This document shows, piece by piece, positions 13,652 through 23,207 of a DNA stretch of 43,719 nucleotides; the first letter of the stretch is position 1; each line of letters begins with the position of its first letter. The notes beneath the pieces are model-generated. The model searched no databases and was not told the origin of the DNA. It saw nothing but the letters and a program-made list of their open reading frames with translations. Position numbers and translations under genes: made by a program. Origin of the DNA: a virus. The DNA lies in the IMG/VR virus record IMGVR_UViG_3300045988_022668, positions 1 through 43,719 of that record, one strand, 5' to 3'.

Positions 13652-15111
13652 CCCGTCACCTCCGCCCCGTAGACCACGGTGTTAGAGAGCTTGATCTCCA
13701 TCTTGTGGAGATTGCCCGTCACCAGCGTACCCCAGGGCGTATAGACGCTCAGGCAGTCGCCCAGCTTCTCGCCCTTGTGGACGATGCGGGCCGTGGCGGT
13801 GTCCCGCTTGGCGTAGTAGGCATATACCCGGTTTGCCACGGCCTGTCCGATGTCCGTGGAGACCAGCGTCGCCCCGGGGATCTCCTTCACGTTTTCCCGG
13901 TCCCCGGCGGTGACATTGGGATTGCTCACCGTGTAGACGGTGGTGGTGTCCTTGTAGGACACGCCGCCCACCTGGACACTGCCGCCGCTGTCCGCCGTGT
14001 AGGTATGGGCCGTGACGGAGACTTTGGTCACGATGGACGCCGTGTCCACCGCCGCCCCGATAAAGGTCCGGTCCTTCGGGATGACTTCCGCCGTGCTGTC
14101 CTGTTGGAAAACCCGGAGAGCGCTGCCGCCGTCCGTGGCGAGGCAGACGCCCCCCCAGGCGAAAAGAACTTGCTGAATGGCTTCCCGCCGGGTCTGCGGG
14201 AGAAGCAGGCCCTTCAGAGTGGCATCCTCGACGCCATCCGCATACTCCACCGCAAAGGGCGCTGCCAGCTCGCCTAGAAGCGTTTTTGCGCTCACCCCGG
14301 ATAGGTACGCTCCCCCGGCAAACTGCGTCTCAGAGAGCACGCCGAGGGCATCGTTGCACTTGATGTCATAGAGGGACGCCGCCTGCCGGGAGGAACTGGA
14401 GATGTAGTAAACCCCCAGCAGCCCAGCGGCGCTGCGTACCTCCACCGGCTGCTTGAGCTGGAACATGTACTCCACGTCAGAGAGGCTATCCAGCGTCCAA
14501 GAGAAAGACGAAACCGGGAGCTCAATAGCCGCCTCGTCCATCTCGTTGACGATGGAGGCGTTTCGCAGCTCCTCCATGCCGAAGATGCGGACGATGCCGA
14601 AGAGAATCTGGTTGATCTTCGCCCTGCGATACGGAAGGGAGGTCGCCTGGATGGTGATTACCAGCTTGTCGTAGCTCTCCACTTTCTTTTCGCAGAAGTA
14701 CTGGGCGCTGTCCGGGGCAAAGTCCTGGTCCGCCTTCAGGGTGTCGCCCTGGTACCACTTGATGTTCAGGGCGGAGCAGTATTCCCCTGTGGCAGTGTCA
14801 AAGCTAAAGCTCACGCCCATGGAAGAGAACTGCTGCGAAAAAGCGATGGTGATGGTGGGCGGCTCATCGAAGCTCCCGTCCGCCCCGGAAAGCGCCGCAG
14901 ACCAGAAGGCGTAGGCCTCATCCTCGTACCAGCGGTCCATAGAGCCGTCCAGAATCCACCGGTTGTGCTCCAGCGTCACGACAGCTCCGGTATCCTGGCC
15001 GAATGGGAGCTTTGCCGGGGCGCTCTCCGGCGTAGGACCCGTGGCGGTCACGGACGCCGCTTCCGCCGCTCCCACCGCAACGTCCTTGTAGACAACTGTC
15101 GTTTTGCCCAT
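13648..15111 (-). CDS. Tail tip / Tal-like tail protein (487 aa)
   Basis: Large protein lying after the tape measure and Dit-like genes. GAGGTG SD. Assigned by synteny. Confidence 0.6.
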   Translation of the reverse strand: MGKTTVVYKDVAVGAAEAASVTATGPTPESAPAKLPFGQDTGAVVTLEHNRWILDGSMDRWYEDEAYAFWSAALSGADGSFDEPPTITIAFSQQFSSMGVSFSFDTATGEYCSALNIKWYQGDTLKADQDFAPDSAQYFCEKKVESYDKLVITIQATSLPYRRAKINQILFGIVRIFGMEELRNASIVNEMDEAAIELPVSSFSWTLDSLSDVEYMFQLKQPVEVRSAAGLLGVYYISSSSRQAASLYDIKCNDALGVLSETQFAGGAYLSGVSAKTLLGELAAPFAVEYADGVEDATLKGLLLPQTRREAIQQVLFAWGGVCLATDGGSALRVFQQDSTAEVIPKDRTFIGAAVDTASIVTKVSVTAHTYTADSGGSVQVGGVSYKDTTTVYTVSNPNVTAGDRENVKEIPGATLVSTDIGQAVANRVYAYYAKRDTATARIVHKGEKLGDCLSVYTPWGTLVTGNLHKMEIKLSNTVVYGAEVTG

Positions 15112-15119
15112 TTGTCACC

Positions 15120-15518
15120 TCACGTCGGTTTTACCTGCGCTTCCATGGGGATAAAATTTACCTCGATCTCGCCCCAGTAGTTGACGCCACCCTCTACCTT
15201 TTCGAGGTCCTGGGTGGCGCTGGTGTAGTACGCCTCGTAAGCGATGGCGGTCTGCCCGTCAGCAGCCTCCAGGAGGACGGAATCGTCCACGCTGTGCTGG
15301 TACAGGTAATCCCAGAACTCGTCCAAACCGGCGTAGTTGTTGCCCCGGCGGAAGACGGTGATCTTATGCCCCAGGTAGGTTCCGATGATGTCCCGGATCA
15401 TCCGGCCCGTCATGGCACGGCCTACGTTGTCGCCGTCCAGGACGTTGAAATTGCGGTTGTACTTGGAGATGGCGATGTCAGCGTCAAAGCTGCGGCCGTT
15501 GAGCTTGATATACCCCAT
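15120..15518 (-). CDS. Distal tail protein-like (132 aa)
   Basis: Immediately downstream of the tape measure gene. Assigned by synteny only. Confidence 0.5.
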   Translation of the reverse strand: MGYIKLNGRSFDADIAISKYNRNFNVLDGDNVGRAMTGRMIRDIIGTYLGHKITVFRRGNNYAGLDEFWDYLYQHSVDDSVLLEAADGQTAIAYEAYYTSATQDLEKVEGGVNYWGEIEVNFIPMEAQVKPT

Positions 15519-15519
15519 G

Positions 15520-17481
15520 TCACACCCCCGTAAGGTTCACGCCGATGCGGTTTCCTTCGGCCTTGTTGAGCCGATATACCACCCGGCCCACAACGTCTCG
15601 GTCCAGAACGAGATATGCCTCGCTGCTGCCGCTGTAGCCGCTCTCCGCAAGGGCCTGTTTGAAGGCCTGGACCATCGTCGCCAGCGGCGTTTCGATGTTC
15701 GTCCCGCTCCGCTGGTCGCCCAGCACGGCCAGGAACTCCCGGTTGGGAGGAATGACGGCGCCCTGGGCCAGCTGCGGGATTTGCCACTCCTTCACGAGAG
15801 GGATGTTTGGCCCCCAGCTCTTTCCGCCGATGCCAGGCACCCAGTCCGGCACGTCAAAGGAGATGCTGTTGATCTTCTCGATGAGCCAGTTGAGGCCCCG
15901 GATGATGAGGTTAATGACACTGCCCACGATGGTAAGCACCGTGTTCAGCGCCCCGCTGACCATGCCCTTCAGCCCGGAAAGCATTTTCTCGATGTCCAGG
16001 TTGATAAGGCCATCCAAGAAGGTCACAAGCCCCGAAAACGTCTGCTTGAGGTTGCCGATCAGCTGTTCCCCGTTGCCCGCAAGGGTCGTGATGGCGAAGA
16101 GAATGGCGGCAATGCCCGCAACCACCAGCGGGAACACTTTCCCTGTCAGGAACCAGAAACCCAGACCGGTGCTGACAATGCCGGCGATCATCAAGAGCGT
16201 GTTTTTGAGATTCAGGCCGTTTTGGTCGATGTCCCGGAACGCCGTGACCACCATAGCGGCTCCGGCAACGACAAGCCCGATGCCTGCGCCGACCTCCTTG
16301 AAGGTCAGGTAGAGGCCCAGCGCCGCCGCTGCGGCGCCGCCAAGGATCTCGATGAGATTTCCCCAGTCCACGCCGTTGTTCCAGGCGTCGGAAAGCCCGT
16401 CCCACAGGAGGATGAGGCCACCCACGGTGAGGGCGATTCCTGCCAGTTTCCCCGCCACGGTCCCCAGCTTCCCAGGGAGGACCGAAGACAGCTCCCAGGC
16501 GGCAAGCCCCACCCCAATGAGAAGGACCGCATCGGCAATCTTTTTCAAACGTCCATCTACCTCGTCCATGAAGGAGAAGTCCGGCGCAATGCTGTCCGCA
16601 GAAGCGCCGCCCCCGCCGCCGGAAGAGCCGGAGGAGAGCTGGTTGATCTCGTCAAACGACGCAAGGGACTTCCCGGCGTCTTTCGCCGCCTTCCCGGTCC
16701 CCTTCAGGGCCTTCGTCTGGGCGTTCAGCGCCTTCGCCGACGCCGCCGCACTGGATAAGCTTTTCCCGGAGATGGCCGCCACAAGGCGGGCGATCTGCGT
16801 CACAACGGCGGCGATAACCCGGACAAGCATAGTAAACGCCGGGACGAGGACCTGTACAAGGGGCCGCGCCAAGGTGAGAAGCGCCCCCTTGAGCTGCGCC
16901 ATTGCGGCGGAGGCCTCCTTGTCACTCTTTACGATTTCCGCCATCCAGTTCCGCAAGCTCCGCAGAGCGGCGGTAATTACAGCGAAAATAAGAACTCGTT
17001 TGGCCAGTTTCCCTACACGGCCCAGAATCTTCTTCATTTTCCCGTCTGCGTTAGCTGCAGCCTCGCCAAAACGGCTGGTATTCGCCTCCGCCTCCCGGAT
17101 TCGGTCGCTGACCTCCCCCGCCTTCTTCTTTGCGCCATCCAGGTCGGTTTCCGCCGCCCGAAGCTGATTCCCAATATTGTCAACGCTGTTTGCGGTCCTG
17201 TTAAACTCCGCCTGCAGCAGCCGGACACGGGTCGCCTGGTCTGCGATATCGACCTTTTCATAGGTGCCCTTCGGAGCTGCCCGCATGTCCGCAAGTGCCG
17301 CTTTGGCCTCATCCAGCTCTCCTGTGATCCGCTGGAGTTTTTCCTCCAGCGGGATCTTCTGAGCGCCCAGCTTGGAGATTTTGCCGTCAAGCCGGTCGAT
17401 ATCCTTCACCGCCTTGTTCAGGTCCCGGTAGAGCGCCTTGTTGTCCAGCTCCGTGCTGAAAATCACTTCGCCATCGGCCAT
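15520..17481 (-). CDS. Tail tape measure protein (653 aa)
   Basis: N-terminal coiled coils, central Gly/Ala/Leu-rich hydrophobic segments (GIALTVGGLILLW, GLVVAGAAMVVTAF). Position between the chaperones and the distal tail genes. Confidence 0.85.
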   Translation of the reverse strand: MADGEVIFSTELDNKALYRDLNKAVKDIDRLDGKISKLGAQKIPLEEKLQRITGELDEAKAALADMRAAPKGTYEKVDIADQATRVRLLQAEFNRTANSVDNIGNQLRAAETDLDGAKKKAGEVSDRIREAEANTSRFGEAAANADGKMKKILGRVGKLAKRVLIFAVITAALRSLRNWMAEIVKSDKEASAAMAQLKGALLTLARPLVQVLVPAFTMLVRVIAAVVTQIARLVAAISGKSLSSAAASAKALNAQTKALKGTGKAAKDAGKSLASFDEINQLSSGSSGGGGGASADSIAPDFSFMDEVDGRLKKIADAVLLIGVGLAAWELSSVLPGKLGTVAGKLAGIALTVGGLILLWDGLSDAWNNGVDWGNLIEILGGAAAAALGLYLTFKEVGAGIGLVVAGAAMVVTAFRDIDQNGLNLKNTLLMIAGIVSTGLGFWFLTGKVFPLVVAGIAAILFAITTLAGNGEQLIGNLKQTFSGLVTFLDGLINLDIEKMLSGLKGMVSGALNTVLTIVGSVINLIIRGLNWLIEKINSISFDVPDWVPGIGGKSWGPNIPLVKEWQIPQLAQGAVIPPNREFLAVLGDQRSGTNIETPLATMVQAFKQALAESGYSGSSEAYLVLDRDVVGRVVYRLNKAEGNRIGVNLTGV

Positions 17482-17490
17482 CGTGTCACC

Positions 17491-18036
17491 TCAAATCCAC
17501 TCTTGCAGCTGTGTGTTTTCCGCCTCGGAATATTTCTCCTTGATATCCACAAGGCGCTTATTTTCTCGGTAAAATTCCTGGTCCGCCTTCTCTAGTCTCT
17601 TGCCCTTCGCCCGCAGGGAGCGGATCCGGACAATTTGAGCAAAGAAGCAGTCTCCGATCTCGTAGTAAGCGGAGATGAAGGTCCACCAGTGAAGATAGGG
17701 CATGGACCTGATCTCCTGCCCCACCACCCGATTGATCGGAGCGGCGATGTACTGGAAATCCTGCTCCCAATCCATCAGCTTGGGGCGCTTGCGGTTGTCG
17801 CCCTCGTCCCCGCAGTTGATAAACCAGAACATCTTCTCCGCCGCTTCCCGCAGCTGTTCCCCGGGGATCGTCAGGAAATCCGGGTAGAAGATGTCCAGCG
17901 CCGCCAGCGCCTTCCGGTCATTGTCCAAGTCCGGGTCGCCGAAGACCTCGAAGATATTCAGGATAGCCCGGTAATCGGAGCGGATGGGATAGCTGCTCCC
18001 TCCGATCTCGACCTCTGTCGGCAGGGAGTAATTCAT
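17491..18036 (-). CDS. Gp15-family tail assembly protein (181 aa)
   Basis: IGGSSYPIRSDYRAILNIFEVFGDPDL and YHWWTFISAYYEIGDCFFAQIV resemble the Bacteriophage Gp15 family. Lies just upstream of the tape measure gene. Confidence 0.6.
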   Translation of the reverse strand: MNYSLPTEVEIGGSSYPIRSDYRAILNIFEVFGDPDLDNDRKALAALDIFYPDFLTIPGEQLREAAEKMFWFINCGDEGDNRKRPKLMDWEQDFQYIAAPINRVVGQEIRSMPYLHWWTFISAYYEIGDCFFAQIVRIRSLRAKGKRLEKADQEFYRENKRLVDIKEKYSEAENTQLQEWI

Positions 18037-18452
18037 CTGTGGTACTTCTGGACGTGCTTCTGGATGCGCTTGTCGGAGAGAGCCGCCTCCCGCTTCACGG
18101 AATCGTCAAACAGGTCGATCACGGCCAGGATGAAGTTCTCCCACACGGGAAGGCCGTCCGCCGAGGCGTACAGGCTCATTTCCCCGAAGATTTTTTCGCA
18201 GACGCCAATTCCAAAAAGGATGTCCAACACGCCACGCATCTCCTGGTCCAGGGCGTGGAGGCGGAAAAATGTTTCCTCAATGTCTTCGGACCTCTTTTCG
18301 ACTTTGGCACGTTCCTTCTGTTTGCCCTCCAGGTCCTTCATGGCAAGATAAATCTTTTGCAACATCTCCGCATCCGTTGGGTTGAGCCGGAGAGCGTCTT
18401 CCACGCCGTTGACGGTGTAGCTCTGTACGCCGTTGGCAAAATTGAGTTCCAT
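18033..18452 (-). CDS. Tail assembly chaperone (139 aa)
   Basis: Start at MELNFANG after AAGGAGGAG. The track ORF extends spuriously to 18563. Position between the major tail and Gp15 genes. Confidence 0.55.
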   Translation of the reverse strand: MELNFANGVQSYTVNGVEDALRLNPTDAEMLQKIYLAMKDLEGKQKERAKVEKRSEDIEETFFRLHALDQEMRGVLDILFGIGVCEKIFGEMSLYASADGLPVWENFILAVIDLFDDSVKREAALSDKRIQKHVQKYHR

Positions 18453-18470
18453 GGTCTCCTCCTTCCAAAT

Positions 18471-18491
18471 GGGGCGGGCAGAGCCCGCCCC
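18471..18491 (-). promoter_or_regulatory. GC hairpin after the major tail gene (possible attenuator)
   Basis: GGGGCGGGC-UCU-GCCCGCCCC followed by AUUU on the minus strand. Confidence 0.4.
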
Positions 18492-18498
18492 GCTGTCA

Positions 18499-19020
18499 TT
18501 AAGTGTCCGCCGTGAAGGTCTTCGTGGTCTTATCGAACGTGCCGGTAACACGTTCGCCGCCATAGGAGACCTTGATGCCAGTTACCGCCTTCTCGCCGCC
18601 AGGGCCGCCGATAGAGGTCATCAGGACGGTACTGTTCGGATACCGCTCCGCAAATGCCTTCCCGCTGCTGTCCTGCAGGAACAGGTACACGACGAGACAG
18701 TCCTGGTTCTGGAGCTCCGCCATATTCTGCTGGACAATGCAGAGATCCAGCACCCGATTCATCACGGCATCACCGGCAAGCAGGTTCGAATCAGAGAACT
18801 CCTGCTCCCTCTTCGGCTTCTTTGCGCTGTTCCACACCGTGCCGAAAATGTCGGTTTTGCTGTCCTCGGAATAGTCTGCGTCGATGGAGCTGTCCTCGAC
18901 CGTTCTCCCCATAGGCGACCACACAGGCTGCGCCGAAGAGGTCGTGTTGAGATAGGTCACGATCTGTTCACGAAGCGGAGATTCGCCGGTGTTGCCGGCG
19001 ATGGAATACTTCTCAGCCAT
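18499..19020 (-). CDS. Major tail protein (173 aa)
   Basis: Position and size fit. Followed by a hairpin and the chaperone pair. TAATG coupling to the upstream gene. Confidence 0.7.
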   Translation of the reverse strand: MAEKYSIAGNTGESPLREQIVTYLNTTSSAQPVWSPMGRTVEDSSIDADYSEDSKTDIFGTVWNSAKKPKREQEFSDSNLLAGDAVMNRVLDLCIVQQNMAELQNQDCLVVYLFLQDSSGKAFAERYPNSTVLMTSIGGPGGEKAVTGIKVSYGGERVTGTFDKTTKTFTADT

Positions 19021-19481
19021 TATACATTCACCTCGTAATTCATTTTCATAAGGATTTGATGGTCCTCGTCGCCGTTCTCGTACATAGCAAAGAGCGACGA
19101 TCTGGTGGTGGGCTCAATGCGGATTACGTGCTTTCCCTCGCCAATAAACGGGTCATCGTTCACGCCTCCGAACAATTCTGCCCAATCACCGAGAGCGTTT
19201 AAGAGTTCATCCGCCTTTAGCCGCTTGTCGTTGCTGTTGCCGGGCTTTACCCGGTAAATCACCTTGAATTGATACTCCGCCTGGTATCCGCCCAGAATGT
19301 ACCGCTTGACGATGTACGCCGCCTGGATGGTGGAAAGCGCCATGCATTCCGTATCAGCGGGAAGAAATTCGAAGCGGATCAGGTCAACCGGCTTGTCCGG
19401 AAAGGTGTTAAGCCAAACCAGAAGCTTGCGGGATACCTGGTCTTCCTCTGCCGCCGATACCGCCTTTTTAACCTGTTCCAT
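19020..19481 (-). CDS. Neck/tail-terminator-like protein (153 aa)
   Basis: Synteny between the head-completion genes and the major tail gene. Confidence 0.5.
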   Translation of the reverse strand: MEQVKKAVSAAEEDQVSRKLLVWLNTFPDKPVDLIRFEFLPADTECMALSTIQAAYIVKRYILGGYQAEYQFKVIYRVKPGNSNDKRLKADELLNALGDWAELFGGVNDDPFIGEGKHVIRIEPTTRSSLFAMYENGDEDHQILMKMNYEVNV

Positions 19482-19926
19482 ACTTTTTCACCGCCTTTTC
19501 CGCTACACGGATCCATTTATCGAGATTCTGAGCTTTGGACGCCTCAAACCAATGGGATTGCGCTTGCGGATGCACAGTCTGGGTAAAAACCAAATTTCGG
19601 TCCGTCACAACCTTTGTTCCACCTTCGGGGGCGTATGTGCTTCCGGTGTTGGGATCCACCATGACTTTTCCGTAGTACAGAAATCTGGCATAAGGGCCGG
19701 GGTACACAATCATATTTCCGCTTCCAGGGCCAAAATCGGTCTTAGTAAATCCCTCAATGTGCGCTCTGTTTGCAAGGCTTTTAGCTTGAGACGCCGGGAC
19801 ATACGGATCGGTATCCGTCAAAACTTGGACGGCGAGCGCATGTTCTGCTTTACCGCATCCCTGCGCCAGCTTTTCCTTGATGGCGTCCATGCCTTCCATG
19901 TAAACGGAAAACTTTACGCCCATCAT
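19468..19926 (-). CDS. Minor capsid / tail-attachment (HK97 gp10-like) protein (152 aa)
   Basis: DTDPYVPASQAKSLANRAH...GPYARFLYYGKVMV resembles the minor-capsid family found in SPP1-like neck modules. Confidence 0.5.
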   Translation of the reverse strand: MMGVKFSVYMEGMDAIKEKLAQGCGKAEHALAVQVLTDTDPYVPASQAKSLANRAHIEGFTKTDFGPGSGNMIVYPGPYARFLYYGKVMVDPNTGSTYAPEGGTKVVTDRNLVFTQTVHPQAQSHWFEASKAQNLDKWIRVAEKAVKKYGTG

Positions 19927-20372
19927 TTGCCTCCGACTTCCCAGTGCCGCATGTCGTCGCTACCATAGTCCATTTCGTCGACTTTGGTGACGTTGTAGCA
20001 ATCATCATGGAATCGCACGACATCCAGATTGTCGGAAACAAATTCGCCCTTCACAAAAATGGTTTCTTGCCCATTTCCATTGTAGGAGAGCGTCCACATG
20101 CCGGATTTATCAGCGGCGGCGTTAAACGCCTGTGGCTTGGAATAGGTCTTGGCGGCCCCCGTCTTCCCATCCACCGCTTCCACAAAGAAGGGGATATAGA
20201 GGTTTACGGCATCGGCGCCTTCCAGGCCGCTTTTCCGGACGTTTGCAGCCTTTGAGGCCTGCAGCATCACGTCACGAAGGATCGTGATATAGGCCTGCTC
20301 TGTTTCTTCCAGCGTCGCCGGGTCCGTTTCCCGGACGATGTTGTAGATCGTTACAACGTGGGGAGCGTACAT
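19923..20372 (-). CDS. Head-closure / minor capsid protein (149 aa)
   Basis: Assigned by synteny. Overlapping start and stop with both neighbours. Confidence 0.5.
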   Translation of the reverse strand: MYAPHVVTIYNIVRETDPATLEETEQAYITILRDVMLQASKAANVRKSGLEGADAVNLYIPFFVEAVDGKTGAAKTYSKPQAFNAAADKSGMWTLSYNGNGQETIFVKGEFVSDNLDVVRFHDDCYNVTKVDEMDYGSDDMRHWEVGGK

Positions 20373-20788
20373 CCGCAGCCTCCTCCCCGATAAAGCAGCC
20401 CAGTATGGGCAAGGTACTCATTGCACGTTGCCGCTAGCAGCTTTTTTGCCCCGTCCGTTACGTTGATTGCGGCCAACGCAGATTCTCCCCCGGTTGCCAA
20501 AGTGCGAGAATACCCACCTACCGTTTCGCTTTTCACGCTGTCTCCGTTTGCTGCTTCTACCATTTTTGCGGCGGCAAGCGCCTGTGCCGCTTCGATGACA
20601 GCATACTTGTCAATGAGTGCGCAGCAGCACATTTTTACAGCGTCCAAATCAGCGTTATCTTTCGCCTTGTTGCGAGTGTAATAATCGAGGAAGGAGCTGG
20701 CCCGAACGGATAGCCGGGGAAAATCCTCATCTTTTGCGGCAGTCCCACAATAAGTGCAGGAGTAATACTCATAGTCGGCGTAAATCAT
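20351..20788 (-). CDS. Head-tail connector (gp6-like) protein (145 aa)
   Basis: First gene after the major capsid gene. N-terminus MIYADYEYYSCTYCG...FPRLSVRASSFLDYYT is typical of head-tail adaptor proteins. Confidence 0.55.
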   Translation of the reverse strand: MIYADYEYYSCTYCGTAAKDEDFPRLSVRASSFLDYYTRNKAKDNADLDAVKMCCCALIDKYAVIEAAQALAAAKMVEAANGDSVKSETVGGYSRTLATGGESALAAINVTDGAKKLLAATCNEYLAHTGLLYRGGGCGCTLPTL

Positions 20789-20808
20789 ACGGGCCAGCTC
20801 CTTTCAGG

Positions 20809-22020
20809 TCAGGAAACGGTGACGGTAGCGGTGCCGGTCTTGCTGCTGTCCTGCTTGGACTTGGCAGTTACGGTGATGCTGGTGGAAGTCTCGTTGGAGG
20901 CCACAGTCAGAACGCCATCCTCGGAAATGGAGGACTTAGCGCCATTCTGGCTCCACTCAACGTTCTCGCTCACGATGCCATCACCGGCCACAACGGCGGA
21001 AAACGCCTTCTTGTCGCCCTTTGCCATAGTGGCGGTAGCGGGAGAAACGGTCACAGTGGACACGGTGCCCGCCTTGCCATAAACGGAGAAGGGGAAGGGG
21101 TCGGTAATGTCGGCGTTGTAAGCGTTGATGGGGTTGGCGATCTCCCAACCCAGACGCATGACGGCACGGAGAGCTACCATGTCGTTCTGCATCAGGTTGT
21201 AGGTAATGTCCTTAGTGCTGGGATCCTGGATAACGCCCTCGGTGAAAATCTTGAAGGTCATATCCTGCCGGATGGCATAGACCAGCTGGCTCCAGTCGCC
21301 CACGATCATTTGGGCCTGGGTGGGGTCGAAAGCGCCATTCATGGGGAAGTACATGTCCATGCCGTCCAGGCCGTAGCGGGTAGCGCCCTGCATGTCAGAC
21401 TTAAAGATGGGCTGCCCGGTGGTATCCTTCAGGCCACGGAGCTTGCCACGCATCTGGATAGCGGACATAACGCCGTTGGGGTTAAAGCCGTCCAGCTCAA
21501 CCTTATCGATCAGTCCGTTTTCTCCCATGATGTCGTCGAAAACGCTGGTGCCGACGGGAACGCCATTGCCAGCGGCGATAGCGGAAGGCACAACGCCGTT
21601 ACGCCAAGTGCTGGGCTTGTTGGTGCCAAACAGGATAGCGGCATCAATGACTTTGCCAAAAGCCTCGGTCAGGCGAGGACGGACCTCGCCCCAGATGTCG
21701 TAGTCAGAATCGTCGAGGACGGCCTCAGGGATGGGGACGATGACGGCGATTTCCTCGGCGTAGATTTTCTTCTTGTCCCACGCCATCTTAGTGGTCTGCT
21801 TCCAGGCGTCACCAGCACCGCTGTCAGTGGCCTCGCCGTTGATAAAGTAGGCGGAGGGCAGAGCGTCAAGGACGTTGATGGTCTGGGTCTTGCTGGACAT
21901 GTTTGCCAGGCGGCGGCCCATACGCAGGACGGCGCTCTCAGCAATAGCTCCCTGCATAATCTCACGAGTTACGGGCTCAGGGATCAGGCCGGAAAGTGCG
22001 GAACGATCAATAGTTGCCAT
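20809..22020 (-). CDS. Major capsid protein (HK97-fold type) with C-terminal Ig-like (Big_2-type) domain (403 aa)
   Basis: Position after the scaffold gene. AAGGAGA SD. C-terminal VTVSPATATMAKGDKKAFSAVV...ITVTAKSKQDSSKTGTATVTVS has a Big_2-like pattern. Confidence 0.85.
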   Translation of the reverse strand: MATIDRSALSGLIPEPVTREIMQGAIAESAVLRMGRRLANMSSKTQTINVLDALPSAYFINGEATDSGAGDAWKQTTKMAWDKKKIYAEEIAVIVPIPEAVLDDSDYDIWGEVRPRLTEAFGKVIDAAILFGTNKPSTWRNGVVPSAIAAGNGVPVGTSVFDDIMGENGLIDKVELDGFNPNGVMSAIQMRGKLRGLKDTTGQPIFKSDMQGATRYGLDGMDMYFPMNGAFDPTQAQMIVGDWSQLVYAIRQDMTFKIFTEGVIQDPSTKDITYNLMQNDMVALRAVMRLGWEIANPINAYNADITDPFPFSVYGKAGTVSTVTVSPATATMAKGDKKAFSAVVAGDGIVSENVEWSQNGAKSSISEDGVLTVASNETSTSITVTAKSKQDSSKTGTATVTVS

Positions 22021-22031
22021 ATTCTTTCTCC

Positions 22032-22538
22032 TTACTTCACTGCGCTGCGAATCAGACTGTTCATCGCAGCATTTACGTCAATTTTCTTCTCACCGCCGCC
22101 AGCAGGGGCCGCCCAGTCGATTCTTACCTTCTGGCGATTTTCGGTAAGCTGGTCCACCGCCTGCTCAAAGGTGGTCTTGTCGTCCACCATTTTCAGAGCC
22201 TTAAATGCAATAAACTCAGCTTCTTCGCCAGTCAGGCCCTTGGAAAAAACGTACTTGTCTCGCTTCATCTGCTCAATTTCCGCCTGTGCGGCGGTCAGAG
22301 CGGACTTGCTGTCGGCAAGCTCCTTGTCTCTCTTGGCCTGGCGCTCCTGTTCGGTCTGCTGGCCCTCTCTCCATGTGCGGTATGCGGCGATCTCTTCTTC
22401 GCTGGGGATACCCTTCATCGCCTTTGCGAGGCGCTTGCCAATCATGGCGTCTACTTCTTCCTGCGTGAAGGTCTTCGCAGGTGTCGGCTCCGGTACGGGG
22501 GCCGGGTTCGGATTGGGGTTGTTAATGGGTTCGCTCAT
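22032..22538 (-). CDS. Scaffolding protein (168 aa)
   Basis: Charged, helical, coiled-coil sequence (EQERQAKRDKELADSKSALTAAQAEIEQMKRD) directly upstream of the capsid gene. Confidence 0.75.
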   Translation of the reverse strand: MSEPINNPNPNPAPVPEPTPAKTFTQEEVDAMIGKRLAKAMKGIPSEEEIAAYRTWREGQQTEQERQAKRDKELADSKSALTAAQAEIEQMKRDKYVFSKGLTGEEAEFIAFKALKMVDDKTTFEQAVDQLTENRQKVRIDWAAPAGGGEKKIDVNAAMNSLIRSAVK

Positions 22539-22605
22539 TTGATTTACCTCCGTTTATTTCCTGGGCCGTCGCCCAGCGGTTTAACGCCTCTCGGCAAGTG
22601 TTGAT

Positions 22606-22649
22606 AAAACAAAAGAGCCAACCACCAAGAAAATCTCAGTAGTTGGCTC
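22606..22649 (-). terminator. Rho-independent terminator between the MuF/small-ORF block and the scaffold gene
   Basis: Minus strand: GAGCCAAC(U)AC...GGUGGUUGGCUC stem followed by UUUUGUUUU. Confidence 0.65.
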
Positions 22650-22692
22650 ATCGTGCCACTTCCTCGCGCTCAATTGCGCTGCGGGAATGTAT

Positions 22693-22821
22693 TTACTTTT
22701 TCAGCTCTTCCGCTTTGATGATCTGTGCTTTTACGCTGCCATCCTTCATGCATTTTAACTGCACCCGGCAACCGGCGGCAAGCGCCCGTTCAATGGCGGC
22801 TTTTAGCTTATCGTCGATCAT
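22693..22821 (-). CDS. Small hypothetical protein (42 aa), below the ORF-track cutoff
   Basis: ATGA coupling to the upstream stop. Sequence MIDDKLKAAIERALAAGCRVQLKCMKDGSVKAQIIKAEELKK. Confidence 0.45.
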   Translation of the reverse strand: MIDDKLKAAIERALAAGCRVQLKCMKDGSVKAQIIKAEELKK

Positions 22822-23003
22822 GCAAGTACCTCAATTTCATTGGGGCTTACATCTGAGAGTTCAACTCTTGCGCCATCGTCGCACAGAATAACGATACGGT
22901 ATTGGATCACTCGAATTGCGTTGCGTGAACCGTCACGAAGCACATTTACAGCAGAATCAATTTCGAGAACAGTTCCTTTATAGTTCCTGACTTTAACCTT
23001 CAT
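22818..23003 (-). CDS. Small hypothetical protein (61 aa), candidate immunity/accessory protein
   Basis: Overlaps the upstream stop. Lower-GC, beta-rich sequence. Confidence 0.55.
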   Translation of the reverse strand: MKVKVRNYKGTVLEIDSAVNVLRDGSRNAIRVIQYRIVILCDDGARVELSDVSPNEIEVLA

Positions 23004-23206
23004 GTAAGCACCTCGATACTTTCAATTTCGTCTTGGTAAAAAGACTTGATTTCGCCGCTGTCCATTTCGATGTCAATGCTATCCTCGACATCTTCTGTTT
23101 CTTCGGCATCCAAAACCATAATGACCTTCCCAATAAACCAATTCCCATCCGCCGTTTTCAACTTTATGCGTGGCAACGCATTAGCATATTCCCATACATT
23201 AACCAT
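23000..23206 (-). CDS. Small acidic hypothetical protein (68 aa), candidate immunity protein
   Basis: Starts 2 nt after the MuF-toxin stop. Acidic (DAEETEDVEDSIDIEMDSGE). Confidence 0.55.
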   Translation of the reverse strand: MVNVWEYANALPRIKLKTADGNWFIGKVIMVLDAEETEDVEDSIDIEMDSGEIKSFYQDEIESIEVLT

Positions 23207-23207
23207 G

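Noticed and set aside
10353-13672. 522-aa and 713-aa plus-strand ORFs (10353-11921, 11531-13672) and alternative-frame ORFs inside the glycine-rich genes (for example 9599-10417, 9666-10313, 12730-13383)
   Set aside because: They are shadow or alternative-frame ORFs created by GGN/GCC codon repeats and high GC. The minus-strand frames chosen have SDs, coupled junctions and fibre-like N-termini.
17491-18452. Programmed -1 frameshift between the two tail-assembly chaperone genes
   Set aside because: The two ORFs are joined by an ATGA stop/start overlap. I see no slippery heptamer in the overlap, so they were annotated as separate genes.
15385-22542. Long plus-strand ORFs 15385-16758 (457 aa) and 20617-22542 (641 aa), plus many 60-270-aa ORFs antisense to the tail and head genes
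   Set aside because: They are antisense to the tape measure, capsid and scaffold genes. They have no SDs and low-complexity products.
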